A stretch of 32,000 nucleotides of DNA from Nanobdella aerobiophila. Lineage in GTDB: Archaea; Nanobdellota; Nanobdellia; Nanobdellales; Nanobdellaceae. The notes under the pieces were generated by a model. The model saw only the letters and a program-made list of their open reading frames with translations, was not told the origin of the DNA and did no database searches. Within the stretch, counting starts at the first letter, position 1. Every line of letters starts with the position of its first letter. Below are positions 27,027-32,000 of the stretch, in pieces. The DNA is taken from contig NZ_AP019769.1 in the NCBI RefSeq assembly GCF_023169545.1, positions 240,001-272,000 on the forward strand. The letters are read 5' to 3'. Position numbers and translations under genes: made by a program.

Positions 27027-28452
27027 GTTTCTTTCTTCTATAGATATAGTATGCTATTATAATAATTATAACTGATACTATTATAAATAAGAAGCTACCA
27101 TTATTATTTGTATATTTTATATTTAAATTATATCCAATATCTTTTAATGGTATATTGTATCTTAATACATAATAATTTCCATATATATCCGAATAATATA
27201 CTTTTACAATAATTGTAGAATTATATAAATAAGAGGGATTTTCAGATGATATAGTATAAACTACAGAATTTGAATTTCCAGGATCTAATTCTCCGATATA
27301 GCCTTGATCTGGTGTTATTATACAATTATTTGAACAATAAACATCCATATACATATTATAAGCAGGAGCATATCCATAATTAAATATATTAAATGTTATT
27401 GTCCCATCATTATAAGAACCTGATATAGTTATATTTGGATATGTATTAATGTTTTCTATAATATTCCCACTCAAATTATTTAATATCGAATTAGAATAAT
27501 ATTGAATTTGAAATGGTATACTTATTGTTCCATATACATTATTTGGTACTACTATAGTTAATGGTATATATAAATATTGTCCAGGTTTTATTGAATTAAT
27601 GTATATATTATTATTTTCTATAGATATGTTAGACCCTTCAAAATTTATAGCAATATCATTTATAGTAGAATTTGTGGGATTATATATTGTTAGATTTATT
27701 ATATTATTTCCAATATTTAAATAAGAGATATTATATAATAATTCTATTCTATTATTTGAGTTTATTATCGGTACATTTACTGATGTAAAATAATTTCCTA
27801 TATTTCCTAAACTATCTTCATATTGTATATTTATAGGTATTGTACAATAATTGTCTGCATAATTCGGGGGGATAATTAATTGAAAGTTTAATAATTGAGA
27901 ACTATTTAAATTGTTTAAATAAAATGCGGTTGGTTGAAGTGCACATTCAGTAGAATTTGATTCTATTAATACATTATTTATATTACCGCCATTATTTGTA
28001 ATATTAAGAGTTATATTTGATATAGCACCATAGTAATTATTATTATAATATATATTATTTATTGTTATATATGGTAAATTTTGTATTATTATTGGATATA
28101 TTTGAGAAGTGTAACTTACACCATTATTATTTACATAAGAACCATTTATAACAATATCATATGCTCCTGGATTACAAGAGTCATAAACATTTAAATATGT
28201 ACAATAATTATTATTTTCCTCTAAATAGGGTATATATACACTTGAAGTATTTGAATATAGACAATATGGATAATATATATTTAATGTAATTAAGTTGTCT
28301 GTAGATTGATCATTATTCAATATACAAACCTCTAAATTAATGTTATTGTTTGTATTCACAATATTTGGAGATATTTTTGTTATATTAATTTGTATAGAAA
28401 ATATATTATATGACATTAACAACAGAAGTAATATATATAGCAACTTTTTCAT
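27013..28452 (-). CDS. Secreted, C-terminally anchored COG1361/CARDB-like surface protein (paralog of 15836-17380)
   Basis: Signal-like MKKLLYILLLLLMSYNIFS. Repeated CARDB-type strands (NITLNITNNGGNINNVLIES, ITFNIFNYGYAPAYNMYMDVY). About 14 sequons. C-terminal TM plus RRKKHENR. It overlaps the permease gene by 14 nt. Confidence 0.7.
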   Translation of the reverse strand: MKKLLYILLLLLMSYNIFSIQINITKISPNIVNTNNNINLEVCILNNDQSTDNLITLNIYYPYCLYSNTSSVYIPYLEENNNYCTYLNVYDSCNPGAYDIVINGSYVNNNGVSYTSQIYPIIIQNLPYITINNIYYNNNYYGAISNITLNITNNGGNINNVLIESNSTECALQPTAFYLNNLNSSQLLNFQLIIPPNYADNYCTIPINIQYEDSLGNIGNYFTSVNVPIINSNNRIELLYNISYLNIGNNIINLTIYNPTNSTINDIAINFEGSNISIENNNIYINSIKPGQYLYIPLTIVVPNNVYGTISIPFQIQYYSNSILNNLSGNIIENINTYPNITISGSYNDGTITFNIFNYGYAPAYNMYMDVYCSNNCIITPDQGYIGELDPGNSNSVVYTISSENPSYLYNSTIIVKVYYSDIYGNYYVLRYNIPLKDIGYNLNIKYTNNNGSFLFIIVSVIIIIIAYYIYRRKKHENR

Positions 28453-28482
28453 GACTTATAATAATAAAAAATCTTTATAAAT

Positions 28483-29178
28483 CTATTTTAGTAGCTCTAA
28501 TGCTTCATCTACCGTAGTGTTATCAGATAGGATCTTTCCATTTCTTATCACGACGATTCTTTCTGTTTGTTCAGCAATTCTAGGATCATGGGTTACTATT
28601 GCAATAGTTTTTCCTTCTTCTTTATTTAGTTTTTTTAGTATATCTATAACATCATTTGCAGATTTTTCATCTAAATTTCCTGTAGGTTCATCCGCCAATA
28701 TCAATTTTGGATCATTAGCTAAGGCTCTTGCTATTACTACTCTTTGTTGCTGTCCTCCTGATAATTGATTTGGTAAATTATATAATCTATTTCCTAAGCC
28801 AACCTTTTCTAATAATTCTTTAGCTTTATTATTTTTTTTATTAGCGATTTTCGTTATTAATTCAACATTTTCTAAAGCATTTAAATAATTAAATAAATAA
28901 AATTGTTGGAAAATAAATCCTATATAATTTTTTCTAATTTTTGATAACTCTTTATCAGATAATTTTAATATATCAAATCCAAATAAATTGATTTTTCCAG
29001 AAGTTGGTTTATCTAAACAACCAATTATTGATAATAGCGTACTTTTTCCAGAACCTGATGGCCCCATAATAGAAATTAATTCTCCTTCCTCTACTTCTAG
29101 ATTAATATTATCTAATGCTTTGATATAAGAATCGCCAATCTTATATATCTTTGTTACATTTTCTAATTTAATTATCAT
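28483..29178 (-). CDS. ABC transporter ATP-binding protein (MacB/LolD-type)
   Basis: Walker A GPSGSGKST, Q-loop, signature LSGGQQQRVVIARAL, Walker B LILADEPTGNLD, H-loop VTHD. Confidence 0.92.
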   Translation of the reverse strand: MIIKLENVTKIYKIGDSYIKALDNINLEVEEGELISIMGPSGSGKSTLLSIIGCLDKPTSGKINLFGFDILKLSDKELSKIRKNYIGFIFQQFYLFNYLNALENVELITKIANKKNNKAKELLEKVGLGNRLYNLPNQLSGGQQQRVVIARALANDPKLILADEPTGNLDEKSANDVIDILKKLNKEEGKTIAIVTHDPRIAEQTERIVVIRNGKILSDNTTVDEALELLK

Positions 29179-29816
29179 TATATAGATATATTAATATAAT
29201 TTTTTAATTCAAACATATTTATTATTCTTGGATAATTAATTTCTGGATATCTCCATGCAAGTCTCAAAGGATATGGAGGATAATATACTTTTTTATATAG
29301 ATTTATTTTTATGCTTATTTTACTTAAGTTTGTATTTTTATCGTCTATATAATATAAATTGCTATCTATATCTTTTAAATATAATAAAGCATCTTGTATA
29401 TTCTTATATTCTTCAGATCCATATATTAGTATATCTTTAAAATATTTATCTAATCTTGTTTCTTTTATCCTTTTTATTTTAATATCTTTTGTATCATCTG
29501 TTGAAGTTACCATATACAAATCAACTTTGTTTTTTATTTTTTCTAAAAATTCTATAGTATCTGGTAATATTATCTGATTTTTAGTTCGAATTTTCCAGTA
29601 TTGCTCTATTATAAAATCTGGATTATCTTTTATGATAAATCTAATCCATTTACCTCTTTCAAATATCCCAAAAAAGTCTCCTAACTCCTCGATCATTAGC
29701 ATTGCGTCCACAAAACCATTATTAAGATCTAATTCTTCTTTTATTTTTTCATATATTGATGGTATTATGGTATAACTATCTACTAAAGTTCCATCAAAAT
29801 CTGTTGCTAAAATCAT
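29178..29816 (-). CDS. HAD superfamily hydrolase
   Basis: Motif I ILATDFDGTLVDS, motif II LYMVTST, motif IV-like YYIDDK. Its stop shares 1 nt with the ABC ATPase start. Confidence 0.7.
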   Translation of the reverse strand: MILATDFDGTLVDSYTIIPSIYEKIKEELDLNNGFVDAMLMIEELGDFFGIFERGKWIRFIIKDNPDFIIEQYWKIRTKNQIILPDTIEFLEKIKNKVDLYMVTSTDDTKDIKIKRIKETRLDKYFKDILIYGSEEYKNIQDALLYLKDIDSNLYYIDDKNTNLSKISIKINLYKKVYYPPYPLRLAWRYPEINYPRIINMFELKNYINISI

Positions 29817-30122
29817 TTAAAATACTTCTTGGTCTAGTAAAATTTTATATCTCAATATATCCTGTGAAATACTCAGTATATTGTTATTTAGTTTTTTTTG
29901 TAATTCGATTATATTTATAAATATTTTATATTCATCTTCCTTTAATAATGGTCTACTTAGTTCCATTTTATTAAAATTTTCTAATTCTTCAGTTATCTCT
30001 TCCATGTTATCTATGATCTCTTTTATAGACTTTATATTATTTTTTATATTTTTTAAAACCTGAATTTCTCTTTTATTTAATTCAATATCATGGTCTTCTG
30101 CATCTCTTATAGGATCAACCAT
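29817..30122 (-). CDS. Small coiled-coil protein of unknown function
   Basis: 101 aa with heptad-like E/K/I/L/N composition. It directly abuts the HAD gene start. The opposite-strand ORF (29881-30063) is a hydrophobic shadow. Confidence 0.5.
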   Translation of the reverse strand: MVDPIRDAEDHDIELNKREIQVLKNIKNNIKSIKEIIDNMEEITEELENFNKMELSRPLLKEDEYKIFINIIELQKKLNNNILSISQDILRYKILLDQEVF

Positions 30123-30145
30123 AATTTAAAGAAATATTTGTTTAT

Positions 30146-30454
30146 TTATAAATTTAATTCTATTTTATTATCATATTCTTTTGTTATATCCCATATTCTT
30201 AATTTTTTACTATATATACTTTTTGGTTCTTTTGTATTATCATCTATAACCAACACTATAGTTCCTGTAATTAATTTATTTTGTCCAATACTCTCTTCTA
30301 TTTTGAATCCAAATCTTTGTAGTAATTTTGTGAATTCTTTTTTATATTTATTTATAATATCCTTATCTTTTGCTGATATTGCTCCATAAAAATTTCTAAT
30401 AAAACTCCTACCAGTTGGATTAACAGGCCTTAATATTTCTATTTCTATCTCCAT
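30146..30454 (-). CDS. Small soluble protein of unknown function
   Basis: 102 aa with balanced composition. The competing + strand ORF 30090-30389 is F/I/L/S-rich, as expected for the antisense of K/E/N codons. Confidence 0.5.
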   Translation of the reverse strand: MEIEIEILRPVNPTGRSFIRNFYGAISAKDKDIINKYKKEFTKLLQRFGFKIEESIGQNKLITGTIVLVIDDNTKEPKSIYSKKLRIWDITKEYDNKIELNL

Positions 30455-30499
30455 AAAATTTTATTAATAAATAAAAATTTAAAGATAATAGATCTTTAG

Positions 30500-31171
30500 A
30501 TGAAAATATTAGTTAGTAGTGATCTCCATTTACCATATAATATGAAGGAAATTTATGATTCTATAAATAAGATAGATGAGAATATAGATATTATAATACT
30601 TGCTGGTGATATTATAGATAATAAGCAGCATATATATTTAAAAAAGATATATTATATGCTTAATCAAAAATTTAATAATAAAAAAATATTTTCTACATTT
30701 GGAAATAATGAAGCTTCTTTTTTATTAGATGATAAAAATTATAAGGACTATTATAAAAAGGAATATAACAGTTTTATATGGTTGGATTATGATTTTTATG
30801 ATTTGGGAGATTACTATATAGTTGGTTTTGAGGGATTTCCGGATAGAACTTGGAAATTGAGTAATATATCAGAGATAAAAAAATATTATATAAGTAAATT
30901 AAGAAGTATATTCGAGAAATTAGACAAAAAGATAATAGTATTTTCTCATTATGGACTCTCAAGAGATACTGTATTAGGTGATCCTGGTCCTTTATGGGCT
31001 TTGTATTCTCCTGATATACAAAACTTGATAGAAGAATATTCTGATAAAATTATTATTGGTTTTCATGGTCATGTTCATCAGGCTGCGAATATAAGAGCTA
31101 AATTAAATAATACAGAAATTTATAATGTTGCATTTCCTATACATAAAAGATTTTTAATATTTGAAGTCTAA
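30500..31171 (+). CDS. Calcineurin-like metallophosphoesterase
   Basis: Motifs SSDLH (DxH), LAGDIID (GD), FGNNE (GNHE variant), FSHYG and GFHGHVH are present in canonical order. Confidence 0.8.
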   Translation: MKILVSSDLHLPYNMKEIYDSINKIDENIDIIILAGDIIDNKQHIYLKKIYYMLNQKFNNKKIFSTFGNNEASFLLDDKNYKDYYKKEYNSFIWLDYDFYDLGDYYIVGFEGFPDRTWKLSNISEIKKYYISKLRSIFEKLDKKIIVFSHYGLSRDTVLGDPGPLWALYSPDIQNLIEEYSDKIIIGFHGHVHQAANIRAKLNNTEIYNVAFPIHKRFLIFEV

Positions 31172-31180
31172 TTTTTATTT

Positions 31181-32000
31181 GTGGAATGTTCTATATTTAA
31201 AGAAGTAAATAATTATCTAAAAGATTATAGCGAATTGTATAATTTTTTTAATCAATATAAAGACAGGATATTATTTAAGGATAAAAGGGAGATAAAAGAG
31301 AAAGATTTCCTTGTAGAAGCTTACTTTAGTTATAAAGAAAATAATATTATTCTGCCGAATGAGTTTTGTAATGTAAAAAAATCTATGATCTTTAAATATA
31401 AATACTATTATTCTTTATATGCTTTTATTCATGAACTAATACATGCATATGACTATAATAAATTAAATATTTTTGACCCTAAGGTAGGGGAATTAAAAGC
31501 AGTTGCTCTGGCTCTGGTAATCATAAATAATACATATATATCAAAGAAGGTTATAAAACAAACTTATAATATTAATCCATTGAATTATGTATATATTAAT
31601 GCCTTAAATTATCTAATTATAGGATTTAATTCTTCTTATAATAATATAAAGGAGATTTTTAGATCAATAAATAGATCTACTTTAGATGATAAGTTGAATA
31701 ATACTAAAGATATTTTATATAATTATCTCTTAAGTAAAATAGATACAATAGTAATATATGATATTAAATTGCATAATTATGAAAGACTTCATGAAGATAT
31801 ATCAAAAATTATAAAGGAATTGGTTGAAAATGATTATAATCCAAAAGATTATAGCTCATTGGATAGGATCTTAAATAAAATCTTAGAGTATTTAAGGGCA
31901 TTCTATAGAAATGAAGCTTTCATATTAATAGATAAGATTTTCAGATATATAAACTCTTATTATATAGGAGCTAGATTAGGTTATTTTTTATTAAAGATAT
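31181..32000 (+). CDS. Partial ORF (runs off window) encoding a protein with an HExxH motif; putative metallopeptidase-like protein
   Basis: The frame is open from 31172 to 32000, in the same frame as the upstream gene after its TAA at 31169-31171. The first plausible start is GTG at 31181; the first ATG is at 31385. AFIHELIHAYD falls at 31421-31453 (HELIH at 31430-31444). It is not in the ORF track because no stop lies within the window. Confidence 0.5.
   Translation, partial: MECSIFKEVNNYLKDYSELYNFFNQYKDRILFKDKREIKEKDFLVEAYFSYKENNIILPNEFCNVKKSMIFKYKYYYSLYAFIHELIHAYDYNKLNIFDPKVGELKAVALALVIINNTYISKKVIKQTYNINPLNYVYINALNYLIIGFNSSYNNIKEIFRSINRSTLDDKLNNTKDILYNYLLSKIDTIVIYDIKLHNYERLHEDISKIIKELVENDYNPKDYSSLDRILNKILEYLRAFYRNEAFILIDKIFRYINSYYIGARLGYFLLKI

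Noticed and set aside
30090-30389. A 99-aa plus-strand ORF competes with the 102-aa minus-strand ORF at 30146-30454.
   Set aside because: The plus-strand product is a hydrophobic shadow-type sequence with no charged residues in long stretches. The minus-strand product has balanced composition and fits the packed minus-strand operon. Neither has a known motif, so this choice carries residual uncertainty.
1-32000. Numerous 60-142 aa ORFs lie antisense to the called genes. They are 622-921, 994-1281, 1590-1787, 4201-4404, 4819-5103, 6159-6377, 7059-7280, 7249-7479, 8700-8915, 9581-9868, 12381-12581, 14910-15098, 17355-17783, 19511-19705, 26113-26307, 26540-26725, 28517-28768, 29255-29440, 29359-29577, 29881-30063 and 30774-30962.
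   Set aside because: All lie inside longer ORFs that carry recognisable family motifs. Their translations are F/I/L/S/Y-rich low complexity, which is what the reverse complement of K/E/N/I-rich AT-biased coding sequence produces. None has a motif.
1-32000. CRISPR arrays, rRNA genes, transposases/IS elements, and C/D-box or H/ACA sRNAs.
   Set aside because: No regularly spaced repeats were seen, and no long GC-rich structured segments other than the three tRNAs. No DDE- or integrase-like ORFs are present. The intergenic gaps lack paired TGATGA/CTGA boxes on either strand. Manual scanning cannot exclude small AT-rich ncRNAs.

Overview
This window is a gene-dense, extremely AT-rich archaeal chromosome segment; by eye about three quarters or more of the bases are A+T, but I did not compute this. 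It holds about 38 protein genes, many abutting or overlapping by 1-28 nt, and three tRNAs that stand out as sharp GC-rich islands. That contrast is typical of a thermophile with a reduced genome, possibly Nanoarchaeota/DPANN-like, though the lineage is inference only. All calls rest on motif recognition in the supplied translations; no searches were run.

Most of the content is archaeal housekeeping:
- Translation and RNA: ribosomal proteins S8e and L15e, an Sm-like protein, aIF5A, aMBF1.
- DNA replication and repair: RadA, PCNA, a histone, ATP-dependent DNA ligase, endonuclease III, an alkyltransferase-like/endonuclease V fusion, an XPD/Rad3 Fe-S helicase, a DExH helicase with a DUF1998 Cys cluster.
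- Other: a SufC plus mini-SufB/D pair, an M16 peptidase, two MFS transporters.

The accessory-looking parts are:
1. A HEPN plus nucleotidyltransferase (MNT) two-gene cassette, exactly bracketed by a 43-bp perfect (49-bp near-perfect) direct repeat. It sits between the convergent XPD gene and an ABC-transporter operon, and the geometry looks like a recent insertion.
2. A 517-aa surface protein with an archaeal type IV pilin-like N-terminus and a DUF2341/lectin-like ectodomain. Its 3' half is compositionally atypical for this window.
3. Two paralogous, sequon-rich COG1361/CARDB-like surface proteins. One is embedded in a MacB-type ABC operon.
4. Several orphan small proteins.

I saw no CRISPR array, rRNA, transposase or integrase.
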